Origin: an uncultured Candidatus Saccharibacteria bacterium
GTDB lineage: Bacteria > Patescibacteriota > Minisyncoccia > Phycocordibacterales > Phycocordibacteraceae
Direction of reading: 5' to 3'
Assembly: GCA_964618705.1 (NCBI GenBank)
Contig: CAZUBJ010000001.1
Location: 2,050-66,049 of the forward strand
DNA length: 64,000 nucleotides
Shown here piece after piece: positions 50,340 through 60,400 of this stretch. The translations under genes and the position numbers were made by a program. How positions within the stretch are numbered: position 1 is the stretch's first letter; every line of letters starts with the position of its first letter. A model generated the notes under the pieces. It was not told where the DNA came from. It saw nothing but the letters and a program-made list of their open reading frames with translations, and made no database searches.

Positions 50340-50741
50340 TCAGGACGCGACGAGTCCGGCGATGCTCTGGATGGATTCAGCAGCGAAGTTCCTATTGCCT
50401 GCTGAGTACTCCCAGGAGACTTTTGCCCCAGATCGGTCAAAGGCGTAGGCGGGTGCCTTCCAGAGGAACTGACAGGAGAGGGCTTGCGCCACTTCTTCGT
50501 CGGTGAATGGTTCAATTACGGCGAGAACCTGGGCGACTGCAGGATCTGCATGTTTCTGTGCACGGTCGCACAGGTCGATAACAGGACCATCGTGACTCCC
50601 AATCCAGGCCTTCATCGTGAACGTTCTGGTCGACTCATCAAGGTCTAGGCGGATCTTTCCGAGAACACGGAATCCGCCCACCTCCTCAAAGAAGGGGTTG
50701 AGAACTTTTGCGACTTCTTCGTCTTTTTGTGATGGGAACAT
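50340..50741 (-). CDS. Orphan protein
   Basis: AGGGAG SD before ATG 50741, hairpin at 50304-50330. Confidence 0.6.
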   Translation of the reverse strand: MFPSQKDEEVAKVLNPFFEEVGGFRVLGKIRLDLDESTRTFTMKAWIGSHDGPVIDLCDRAQKHADPAVAQVLAVIEPFTDEEVAQALSCQFLWKAPAYAFDRSGAKVSWEYSAGNRNFAAESIQSIAGLVAS

Positions 50742-50839
50742 CACAATCTCCCTATATGGCTGACAGGTAGTCTGACTGCGATGGTACAGGAGCGGAAAGC
50801 CAATAGCAATCAAATTGAAAAGCAGTAGTATACAAATAC

Positions 50840-52093
50840 ATGGAACGCGCAGCACTAGAGAAGTTTGATTTACCCGACTGCCCGGGTGTGTACTTCTTTA
50901 CGCTCGGTAAGGGTGCGAATAAGAAGGTGCTGTATGTAGGTAAGGCAACCAGCCTGCGTGATCGCGTGCGCTCGTATTTCGATGCAGAGCTTATCGCCAC
51001 TCGCGGTCCGCGCATTGTAGATATGGTGACTGCTGCGGACGGTATTGATTACGAGACCACACCTACAGTGCTTGAGGCTCTCGTGCGCGAGGCTGCGCTT
51101 ATCCGCAAGCACGAGCCCAAAGCAAACGCGATGGGCAAGGATGACAAGACATTCTTGTATGCAGTGATTACGGACGAGGAAATCCCCCGCGTACTAGCAG
51201 TGCGTGGTGGAGAAATAGACTTTACGAAGAAAGTCACCAATGGAGTGAAGCTGAAGGCAATCCACGGCCCGTTTCCGTCGGGCTACCAGCTGCGCCAGGG
51301 GCTAAAGCTAATACGTAAGATTTTCCCTTTCTTTGATACTCCACGCCCGGTAGGCGAGGGCAACAAGCACACGCGCGGAAAGGTAGAGTTCAATCGCCAG
51401 ATTGGGCTCTATCCGCGCGACATGAATAGTTCGTCCTACGGACGCTCTATTCGGAACGTATCGCTCTTTCTTGCAGGAAGAGTAAAGACGCTGCGCGCCA
51501 CGCTCACCCGCGACATGAAGGAAGCTGCAAAAGAGGAGCGATTTGAGGACGCTGCCATTATCCGTAAGCAGCTATTTGCTCTAGACCACATTCAGGATGT
51601 GTCGCTCATTCGTGACGAACGCGAGGGCTCAGAGACCGGTCCACGTATAGAGGCGTACGACACGGCACATATTTCAGGAATGAATGCCATTGGCGTGATG
51701 GTGGTGGTAGAGGACGGATTGGCACAGAAGAAGGAGTATCGAATGTTTCGTATTCGTGAGCAGGGTGCAAAATCATTGAATGACGATATTGCTTCGTTGA
51801 AGCAAATTTTGACTCGTCGTTTGGGACACAATGAGTGGCCGCTTCCAAAAGCGTTTGTGGTGGACGGTGGCAAGACGCACAAGAAGGCCGCAGAGGAAGT
51901 GCTGGCGAGCGTAGGAGTAGGAATCCCTGTGGTGGCAGTGGTAAAGGACGAAAAGCACCGTCCTCGAGAGGTGCTCGGGTCCCTTCGGGCGGGGATTACT
52001 GACGCAGACGCAGTGCTTGCCAACAGCGAGGCGCACCGATTCTCCCTGGCCGCTCACCGAAAGGCTCGTAGCCGCGCCATGCGCGGAGCTTGA
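50840..52093 (+). CDS. uvrC: UvrC-like excinuclease (GIY-YIG, UVR, RNase H-like; no HhH tail)
   Basis: PGVY, YVGKA..L..RV.SYF, FE.AA..R, IE.YD..H and VDGG motifs. Confidence 0.88.
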   Translation: MERAALEKFDLPDCPGVYFFTLGKGANKKVLYVGKATSLRDRVRSYFDAELIATRGPRIVDMVTAADGIDYETTPTVLEALVREAALIRKHEPKANAMGKDDKTFLYAVITDEEIPRVLAVRGGEIDFTKKVTNGVKLKAIHGPFPSGYQLRQGLKLIRKIFPFFDTPRPVGEGNKHTRGKVEFNRQIGLYPRDMNSSSYGRSIRNVSLFLAGRVKTLRATLTRDMKEAAKEERFEDAAIIRKQLFALDHIQDVSLIRDEREGSETGPRIEAYDTAHISGMNAIGVMVVVEDGLAQKKEYRMFRIREQGAKSLNDDIASLKQILTRRLGHNEWPLPKAFVVDGGKTHKKAAEEVLASVGVGIPVVAVVKDEKHRPREVLGSLRAGITDADAVLANSEAHRFSLAAHRKARSRAMRGA

Positions 52094-52106
52094 TATTTTC
52101 CATAAT

Positions 52107-52568
52107 GGGTGTAGATTTGCACTTACGCCCGGCTGCGGAGAAATCCGGTAAGCTTGGCGTCGCTCGCGGGCCTCGACATGAGAAGAGGCTCGCCGCTGCC
52201 CAGAACGGGTTTGCACACGTATCAACCGAGGAAAACCTACGCTCACTTGTGGGTATAGGGGGAAGCAGGAGGTTGCGTGGTCAATAAGGATAACTAAGAC
52301 GCCACTCCTCGCAACGTCGAGGAAGGGTGGAGGAAACCACGGAAGGGAGGAAGCGAATGCACAAACAAACTGCGTAGTGCGTGAGAGTGCTCTTGCTCGA
52401 GCAGGGACAGTCTCACGCGCTCCGCGAAATGACTTCTGGCGTCATATGCCAATGAAGTTGTGTTCTTCAATACAAACGGTTACCGACAGGGGCCCGCGCA
52501 ACGCGCACATGGCCCGAGGAACGTAGGGACCGAAGAAGAACAGGCCGGACTTAAAAACTCCGGCCTTT
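52107..52568 (+). ncRNA. Candidate large structured non-coding RNA (unassigned)
   Basis: Gap without a convincing ORF, many hairpins including a GAAA tetraloop, a long-range helix, CATAAT upstream and a terminal hairpin. Confidence 0.55.
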
Positions 52569-52597
52569 CGCATTTCCATACTGGTATACTCACTACT

Positions 52598-53563
52598 ATG
52601 AAAGGCACGGTAGTTGCAGTTCTTCGGGGCGGTCCTTCACGCGAACATGACGTGTCGCTGAAGTCGGGCCACACTATTCTCACCCACCTTCCTCGTGAGC
52701 AGTTCATGCCGCGCGACATTTACATAGATAGACAGGGGATTTGGCACGAGCGCGGTATACCTACCACGCCAGAGCGCGTGCTACGAGGCACTGACGTGGT
52801 CCTTCTTGGGCTCCATGGGGAATATGGCGAGGATGGCGAGGTGCAGAAGCTGCTGGAGAAGTTTGGTGTGCCGTATGCAGGTACCAAATCTTTTGAGTCT
52901 TATGTTGCCATGCACAAGATGCTGTCTAAACAGAAGGCGATACATGCAGGATTGCTCACGCCAAAGTTTGCATATGTTGAAGAGTCGTCTGACATTGCGC
53001 AGGTAGCGCGCGAAGTGAATCGCACCTTCTTGCAGCCGGTCATTGTAAAGCCGGTGAAGTGGGGCTCGTCTGTGGGCGTGTCGTTTGTACATGGCTATGC
53101 GCCCCTTGAGGCTGCCGTACGCAAGCTTATGGAGGAAGGAGCAGGTGGAGTGCTTATCGAGGAGGTGATTCGCGGAACTGAGGCCACGGTGGGAGTCGTG
53201 GAGGGACTGCGGGGTGAGGCACTCTATGGCCTGCCGCCTGTAGAGATCATTCCGCCCGAGAAGGACTTCTTTTCGTACGACGCAAAGTACTCGGGAAGCT
53301 CTCGTGAGATATGCCCAGCGCGATTGCCTCGCAACATTACCGACGAGCTTATTCGCCACGCAAAGACCATGCATGGGGAATTGGGACTTCGCCACTACTC
53401 CCGTTCTGATTTCATTGTTTCTCCAAAGGGTATTTACTACCTGGAAACAAACACTCTGCCAGGGCTTACGCAGGAGTCCCTGTTCCCGAAGTCTTTGGCT
53501 TCAGTGGGGGTCACCTTGCCCGACTTTTTCACCCACCTTGCGGGTCTAGCGCTCACCAAATAG
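52598..53563 (+). CDS. ddl: D-alanine--D-alanine ligase
   Basis: GG.S.EH.VSL.SG, LHG..GEDG, VKP...GSS.G, Y.AKY and E.NTLPG motifs. Confidence 0.95.
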   Translation: MKGTVVAVLRGGPSREHDVSLKSGHTILTHLPREQFMPRDIYIDRQGIWHERGIPTTPERVLRGTDVVLLGLHGEYGEDGEVQKLLEKFGVPYAGTKSFESYVAMHKMLSKQKAIHAGLLTPKFAYVEESSDIAQVAREVNRTFLQPVIVKPVKWGSSVGVSFVHGYAPLEAAVRKLMEEGAGGVLIEEVIRGTEATVGVVEGLRGEALYGLPPVEIIPPEKDFFSYDAKYSGSSREICPARLPRNITDELIRHAKTMHGELGLRHYSRSDFIVSPKGIYYLETNTLPGLTQESLFPKSLASVGVTLPDFFTHLAGLALTK

Positions 53564-53616
53564 GGTGTGGTATAGTCTTTCCTGTTAGGCCCTTGTGGTC
53601 TGGCACCCATAACTAT

Positions 53617-53689
53617 GGGCCGTTAGCTCAGTTGGTAGAGCATCTCATTTTCAATGAGAGGGTCGCAGGTTCGAATCCTGTACGGTCCA
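53617..53689 (+). tRNA. tRNA with TTC (Glu) anticodon and atypical identity elements
   Basis: Full 73-nt cloverleaf, anticodon at 53650-53652, G3:U70 and A73, TG-TATAGT promoter at 53568-53576. Confidence 0.9.
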
Positions 53690-53819
53690 CACCATAAAGT
53701 TCGAACATGTCACGGCGGCCTTTTGGTCGCTTTTGACGGTTTTTGAGCGCAGGATCAGCAGCAGGGAGTTGTCCAGGCGGTGTCCGCTCGTACGGTGTTA
53801 GTAGTGATACAGTATTGGT

Positions 53820-54239
53820 GTGAATCCATTCGAGCGACCAACACAACCTAAACCTTCCAACAGCGCAGAGGTCGCCCTTCAAGGCGTTGCAAGCCAGCAC
53901 GATTCCCTCGCGCGTGAGCACGCGTATCAAGCGCAATATGAAAGTGAGATTCTCCCGCTTCTGCGCGACGCTGAGAGGCTTCAGATCAATTTGGGGGTGG
54001 CTGAGCAGAAGCTTCGCGGCGCAGAGCTCAAGAGCCCAAATCAACCGGAAATACTTGCGCTTCAGAAGCAACTCCGCGCTCTACGGGGAGAACCCGAGCT
54101 AGACACTGTTCCTGGCAACGATAGTGCACTCACTGCTGCTCAATTGGAGTACGACACGGCCAAGACCGCACTGGAGGCTACGAGGAACGAGATAGCCGAG
54201 CGAACTGCTGAGCTACGTCGCGCCCACGGGCTCAGTTAG
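53820..54239 (+). CDS. Hypothetical coiled-coil protein
   Basis: 139 aa, GTG start, helical heptads. Confidence 0.6.
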   Translation: MNPFERPTQPKPSNSAEVALQGVASQHDSLAREHAYQAQYESEILPLLRDAERLQINLGVAEQKLRGAELKSPNQPEILALQKQLRALRGEPELDTVPGNDSALTAAQLEYDTAKTALEATRNEIAERTAELRRAHGLS

Positions 54240-54270
54240 ATGTCTTTCTCGTGCTGCTGCTTCATCCTTG

Positions 54271-54471
54271 TCAACTCAGAGGCCCTTGCAATTCCGACCT
54301 AACTTGCGAGAATTGAAGAAGAACGACTGACCTTGAGATTTCTCCCGAGGCCAGACGTTCGCAGGTCTTTGCGCTCCAAATGTCAGTCGACTTTCGGCAC
54401 CGGTGCCGAGCGTGCTCGGCAGTCTGACGATGCGCCCAAATGCGACTAAACAGAACTACGAGCTTGTCCAT
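54271..54471 (-). CDS. Orphan small protein
   Basis: AAGGAG SD upstream of ATG. Confidence 0.4.
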   Translation of the reverse strand: MDKLVVLFSRIWAHRQTAEHARHRCRKSTDIWSAKTCERLASGEISRSVVLLQFSQVRSELQGPLS

Positions 54472-54559
54472 GTGGACAATTCTCCTTGGTCGGCAGCCTC
54501 CCCTTAGGTTGGTACCCTCGGAGACTTAGTCTCCGGTTGGTGGGGTTGCTGATTAGGAT

Positions 54560-54592
54560 GGGCCTCCGCTTTCGAGCGGGGGCCCAGTTTTT
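54560..54592 (+). terminator. Intrinsic terminator
   Basis: GGGCCTCCGCT TTCG AGCGGGGGCCC followed by a T6 tract. Confidence 0.75.
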
Positions 54593-54648
54593 TGTGCCGC
54601 CCGATTCGAAAAGGAGGGGTGGTGGACTGCAGCTGGCCTCACTGTCTT

Positions 54649-54768
54649 TCACTTAGGCGTTCCACGCTTCTCACGCTCCTCTCGGATGGCGATGCGCAGC
54701 AAGACTCGTACAAATTCATACAGTCGTTCGCGCGCCTCGACACGCTCAACAAGTGTGGCGTCAGGCAT
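54649..54768 (-). CDS. 39-aa helical peptide (not in ORF track)
   Basis: Translates MPDATLVERVEARERLYEFVRVLLRIAIREEREKRGTPK*. Confidence 0.4.
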   Translation of the reverse strand: MPDATLVERVEARERLYEFVRVLLRIAIREEREKRGTPK

Positions 54769-55203
54769 GTATTTGTAGATGAGGTGGGCTCCTGGTGGGC
54801 AAATGCACTTTGGTGTTGTTGTCATACCGCCGCAGTATGCAGAATTGCCTACCAGGCCGCTAGTCGGTCATCAGTGTCTTCATACTTCAGACTCTGTTCT
54901 ATCGAGGACAAAAGGGACTTCATGTCTGGACTTTGGGGAGGTCGAACCTGGGCCCGAGCTGGTCCACAAACGACATTTGAAAGCCCCGAAAGGGGCTTTT
55001 GTCGTTTGCGGGCCGTAGCAGAGTGTCTGCACACTCTGCGGCAGGATTCGAAAGTGGTTGAGTATGTCGCAACGAGTTCGAAGCTTTGTGAGAACGACGT
55101 GAGACACGAGACCCACACCGTTCCTGTAAGGAAAGGATCCTGTACGGTCGAAATTCAAAAAGGCCCGGACATTCATCCGGGCCTTGCGCATGTGCGCGAG
55201 TGA

Positions 55204-55683
55204 TTATTGCGTCGCCGCTATGAGCTGTTCGCGTCCGAGTCGGAAGTAGCCCTTCACGGTGCCGTGCGGTCGCTTCAGAATTGCCGCAATTTCCGAGTCC
55301 GAGAACCCGATGCTTCCGAGCAGAATCGCCTTTCGGCGATCAGACTGCATGTTCGCCACGTACGCGAGCACTTCTGTGAGCTCTACCTGCACTTCCTGGA
55401 CCGCTTCGGTGCGGTCGCTGTTCAAGCGCAGTCGGGAGAGCATCCGCCCCTCCGTCCTTTCCTTGCGGATGGAGTCAATGAACAAGCGCTTCATAATCAC
55501 CTGTGCCCAGGGCAAGAGCTCTCGGGTAGGGTCGTATGCGCTCCGTTGATCGAGCAGTTTGGCGACGGTGGTCTGCACCAGGTCTTCTGCGCGTTCACGG
55601 TGGCGGGTCAGCTTCTTCGCGTAGTTGCGCAGTGCGCTATAGGTCGCCAGTATCCGGCGACCATACTCAACTTCGTTTTGCAT
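55204..55683 (-). CDS. ECF-type sigma factor
   Basis: AEDLVQ.T, W...I..R.FID..RK and EIA..L..P.GTVK motifs. GAAGGAGG SD, terminator at 55157-55185. Confidence 0.85.
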   Translation of the reverse strand: MQNEVEYGRRILATYSALRNYAKKLTRHRERAEDLVQTTVAKLLDQRSAYDPTRELLPWAQVIMKRLFIDSIRKERTEGRMLSRLRLNSDRTEAVQEVQVELTEVLAYVANMQSDRRKAILLGSIGFSDSEIAAILKRPHGTVKGYFRLGREQLIAATQ

Positions 55684-55770
55684 GGTTGCCTCCTTCTGGC
55701 TATCCACAACCTACAGCACATATTCTGGAGACGCCAGAGCCCCACTGTGCGCAGTGCTACTATTACCCCA

Positions 55771-57357
55771 ATGCTTCGGCGCATCATTGCCACTATAGAG
55801 TCCTCATCACTCACCCTGTATTCATTCATGGGTGCAGTGGCGGGAGTCGTCTTTCTCCGTTTCTTCCTAGAATCCTTTAGCGCCCGCACCCCTACGGGTT
55901 TTGTCGCAAGCGACGCGCCCACACTCGTTCACTACGGACTCTTCTTCCTGGCAGCGCTCCTATTGCATACACTCATCGTTGCGTTTGTGACGCGCGAGAA
56001 GATGCTCACTGTGCTCAAAATCAGCACGTACGCACTCCCGCTCATCCTGATTGCTCCGATCATCGACATATTCATGGGTGGGGGAACGATGGCGTATTTG
56101 ATACAGCCACTGCCAGAGCTGATTGCAGACTTCCTCACATTCTTTGGTCCACTACAGGGCTCAGGTGCTACGGTGGGTATTCGTATTGAGCTTGCCATAG
56201 TGCTTGCGGGTCTTGGAACTTATATATGGCTCAAGACTGCCAGTGTGTGGCGTACCGCGCTTGGCGTGTTTCTCTCCTATGTGGTGGTGTTTGGCATGGG
56301 CGCATGGCCAAGCCTGGTAGCCATTGCCACTGGCGGCACCGCGCATGTGATGTTCCTGGCAAGTGACTTGAGCAGCTCACTCATTGCACGCTCGTTCCTA
56401 CACCCAAGCGAGGTGTACAGCGGATTCCGTCTTCTTGAGATGTACTTCAGTGCCTACATGGCGCAGAGCATGTTCCTCCTCTCGCTTATCTGTGGCTACT
56501 TTGTACTGCGCTCTATTTCTCCACGCGTGGTGAAAGCAGTGAAGGCGAACATGCGCCCGCTACGTCTACTAAACTATATGGCGCTGGCGACACTGGGCTT
56601 TTTGCTTGCGCTCTACTTCGCTCCTATCACCTGGTCTGTCTACGACGTCATTACGGTGCTTGTCGCGTTTTCCTGTATCAAGCTTCTGTGGGTCTTTGCG
56701 GTCACCGCAAACGATTTGGGAGACGAAGATATCGACCGTATTTCAAATGCTTCCCGCCCTCTTATTACGGGTGCGATGAGTCGAACCGAAATGATCCAGG
56801 TCGCCGTAGGAGCTCTTATATTGGTGATTTTGGGAGGTCTCTCGCTTGGGTCCTATTCGCTGTTCTATCTCCTTATATATGTAGCCATCGTTGTGGTGTA
56901 CTCGTTCCCGCCACTGCGCCTGCGCCGATTCCCTGTGGTGTCGCACATGCTCATTGGCTTTGCGTGCCTGTGCATGGTCCTCATGGGATTCTTTCTCGCT
57001 TCACCCGCGCGCGAACTTGCGGCATTCCCACCATACGCTGCGCTTCTCGTTGTCATTATTTTTACGCTTGGACTTAACTTGAAAGATTTGAAGGACGAAG
57101 CGGGAGACCGAGCCGCAGGTGTGGTCACCATAGCGACGCTACTTGGTGCGAAGCGCGCACAGTATGTGATTGCTGCATTACTGTTTGTGGCAGCATTGCT
57201 TGTGCCATTTATGCTGCAGGAGCCGTCACTTTGGATTCCGTGCATTGTAAGCGGCGCCATTGTTGCCGCTGGAGTAGCGAAAGGGAAGCGGGAAAAGTTT
57301 GTTTTTGTAATCTATTTCTTATTTGTGCTGTACCTGATATTCAGACTGGTGGCATAG
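55771..57357 (+). CDS. UbiA prenyltransferase family membrane protein with extra N-terminal TM domain
   Basis: ND..D..ID..SN..RPL..G, YS.PP.RL and KD.KD..GD..AGV.T motifs. Confidence 0.85.
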   Translation: MLRRIIATIESSSLTLYSFMGAVAGVVFLRFFLESFSARTPTGFVASDAPTLVHYGLFFLAALLLHTLIVAFVTREKMLTVLKISTYALPLILIAPIIDIFMGGGTMAYLIQPLPELIADFLTFFGPLQGSGATVGIRIELAIVLAGLGTYIWLKTASVWRTALGVFLSYVVVFGMGAWPSLVAIATGGTAHVMFLASDLSSSLIARSFLHPSEVYSGFRLLEMYFSAYMAQSMFLLSLICGYFVLRSISPRVVKAVKANMRPLRLLNYMALATLGFLLALYFAPITWSVYDVITVLVAFSCIKLLWVFAVTANDLGDEDIDRISNASRPLITGAMSRTEMIQVAVGALILVILGGLSLGSYSLFYLLIYVAIVVVYSFPPLRLRRFPVVSHMLIGFACLCMVLMGFFLASPARELAAFPPYAALLVVIIFTLGLNLKDLKDEAGDRAAGVVTIATLLGAKRAQYVIAALLFVAALLVPFMLQEPSLWIPCIVSGAIVAAGVAKGKREKFVFVIYFLFVLYLIFRLVA

Positions 57358-57489
57358 GCTGTTCTAGTTCGTTCAGTATATACGGCGCATAATTTGCTAT
57401 AGACAGCCAAAGCAGGGGGCGTACACTTATTTGCAATGACACTGGGGGTGTCCGGGCGTTGGGAACATTACACGCAGAACATTTTTAGT

Positions 57490-60400
57490 ATGACTATTTC
57501 ACAGAAGCTAGCGAGCTTCGCTCGCCGCGCATCGTTTGCATTTATTGCAGCTGCGCTTTTATTCACCAGTACTGCGGACATCGCGTTTGCGGTTGCTCCT
57601 CTAGCAGTTAATGACAACTACAGCGCAACAATGGACGTTCAGTTGTCTGTTAATGCATTGGACGGTGTCCTAACTAACGACTCAGACGATGTCGGACCGA
57701 TTGCTGCAATAGCTGTTGTGGCAGGGTCAACTACTGCGGGAGGCTCGTACGACTTAAGTACTGACGGGTCGTTTGTGTACACGCCGCCTTCTGGGTATAG
57801 AGGTTCAGATACTTTCACCTATGAAGTGAACGACATTGCCCTTGAAGGCCCCTCCTCCGCCACTGTTGAAATTCTCGTGGAAGACCCGGCTGTCGCAAAT
57901 GTAGCAACTCTCTCGGAGTTGAATGCTGCTCTAGGAAATCCTGCAAAAACCACTATCAATCTCACCGCGGACATAAGCGGTATTACTGACACTGTGGTTC
58001 TGAATCGTGCATTGACGCTAAATGGAGGAGGAAATTCTCTTTCCTTTACTGGTCTAGAAGCAGCCACCCCAAACGACGAGGGAGTAACTATCGTGGCTCC
58101 AGCAACGATCAATAATCTAGTTGTGGATGCTGGCCTTGTAGTACCTGCTACTTGGGTTGGTACCTACGCTGTTCAGGTATACAACTCAACTGCGACACTA
58201 CATAACGTCACAGCGACAGGTGCAAACGGAGGTATCATGGTGAACAACTCAAACGTGACGCTCACAGGCACCGTAGACGTCTCTGGAAACGGATTTGGTG
58301 GCATTGAGTCTTCGAACGGTTCTGTTCTTACTGTTTCGTCTGCTTCATTCACGAATACTTCGGAAGTGTATGGCAAGCCTACTCTCTGGGAGGACGGACT
58401 AACGGGCACCACTGTTGTAAATTACGGTTCGATTACAAGAATTGAGAAGGGCTCTCAGTATCAGTTTTACCTTTCCGCAGACAACGCCAAAATTCCTCAG
58501 ACGATTACCTTCGCTGACCCTACAGATCTCACCTACGGTGATTTCGCAACATTCTCTGTAGCCCCAACTGCAGACTCAAGCCTTCTTGTTTCTATCGGAA
58601 CCAGTGGTGCCTGTAGCAAGGCCGGGTTCCTTGTGACTGTTACTGGCGCTGGTACCTGTACCATTACTGCGACACAGACCGGAGACGCAATCTACGCCGC
58701 AGCCACTCCTGTAGTGCAGTCAGTGACTATCAGCCCCCGCGCAGTGACTGTCACCGCCGCGAGTGTTACAAAGGAATACGACACTACGACTTCCTCTGCA
58801 GGTACCCCAACTTTGACCGCAGGCTCCCTCGCGTTCTTTGAATCAGCAACATACAGCCAGACATACGTGTCTTCTGATGTTGGGGTAGGAATTGTAATTG
58901 AATCAGCTTCTTCGCTCGATTCCAATGCAAACTACGCCGTTACTCATGTAGACGGTTCAGGCGATATCACTCCAGCATCACTCACTGCAACAGCAGTAGC
59001 GGCTGACAAGGAGTACGATGGCAATACAACAACAACCGCTGCTGTATCTGTGACTCCTCTTGCTGGGGATACGGTGACTGCAACATATACAACAGCTATC
59101 TTTGACACTAAAGATGTTGGGGTGGGAAAGACGGTCACGGTGTCTGGTATTGCGCTTGATGGAGCGGACAAAGACAACTATGCGCTTACGATCAACTCTG
59201 CTACGGACGGAGCAGATGTTACAGCTAAAGCGCTTACGGTAGATGTAACGGTAGACAACAAGGTGTACGACAACACCACGGCAGCTACCATTACTGGATA
59301 TACCCCAGTGGGACTTGTCGGGCTTGAGACCGTCACCATTAACGGCGGAGTCGCAACGTTCACCGACAACGAGAACGTCGGGGCGGGAAAGCCAGTATCA
59401 ATCACAGGTCTAAACCTCGTGGCTAATGCAGTGTCTGCGAACTACTCATTCACAACAACTGATACCACCACGGCAAACATCACCACTCGTGCTATCACGG
59501 TGACCGCCGTGACTGCTACAAAGGTGTATGACGGACACACGACTTCAGCAGGGACCCCGGCTATCACTGGTCTCGGACTCGCGACGGGCGATACTTCAGG
59601 ATTCTCACAGGTATATGACACTGCGAACGCAGGAACAGGAAAGTCCCTTTCAGTTGCCGGTGCAGTGAATGATGGCAACGGTGGAAACAACTACGCCGTA
59701 ACTCCAGTCTCAGTAAGTACTGGGGAGATTACCAAGGCACCACTCACTATCACGGCGCAGGACAAGACTAAGGTGTATGGGGACGCCAATCCTGTGGCTA
59801 CTGCAAGCTACTCTGGATTCGTTAACAGTGAGAACGAGTCAATACTCGATGTCGCGGTTACGCTCGTGGTTGTCGCTAACAACCAGACTGACGTAAACAA
59901 TCACCCAATCACGGCGTTTGGTGCCGCTGACGGGAACTATGCCATCACGCACGTGAATGGAAACTTGGAAATTACCAAGCGCCCACTCACCACGACGGTT
60001 GTCGCAACAGACAAGGAATACGACGGCACCACTGACGCTGATGTAGCACTTACCTTAAACGGCGTACTCTTCGCAGATGTGGTGACGGTAAGCAATACCG
60101 ACGCAGACTTTGACACAAAGAATGTGGGCACAGGCAAGACGGTGACTGCTACGGGTGTAGCTATTGCGGGTGCTGACGCAGGGAATTACAGCATCGCGGC
60201 CACTGCTACTGACACTGCAGACATCACTGCAGCACCACTTTCAGTGACTGCTAACGCGGCCACAAAAGTGTATGGAGATGCTGACCCAGTATTCACCTAC
60301 ACTGCAACAGGACTTGTGTCAGGCGACAGCTTCACAGGCGCGCTATCTCGTGACGCTGGAGAGGATGTAAGCGACTACGCGATGGAAATCGGTTCCCTGT

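Noticed and set aside
52090-52287. 65-aa ORF after uvrC
   Set aside because: No SD or recognisable motif, and it overlaps dense RNA-like stems.
52107-52568. Assignment as RNase P, tmRNA, SRP or a group I/II intron
   Set aside because: The hallmark conserved sequences were not found, so it is left unassigned.
53628-54071. 147-aa minus-strand ORF
   Set aside because: It overlaps the tRNA and the plus-strand coiled-coil gene, so it is likely spurious.
55207-55770. 716-aa ORF extending UbiA upstream
   Set aside because: The extension is the antisense shadow of the minus-strand ECF sigma gene. The real start is ATG 55771.
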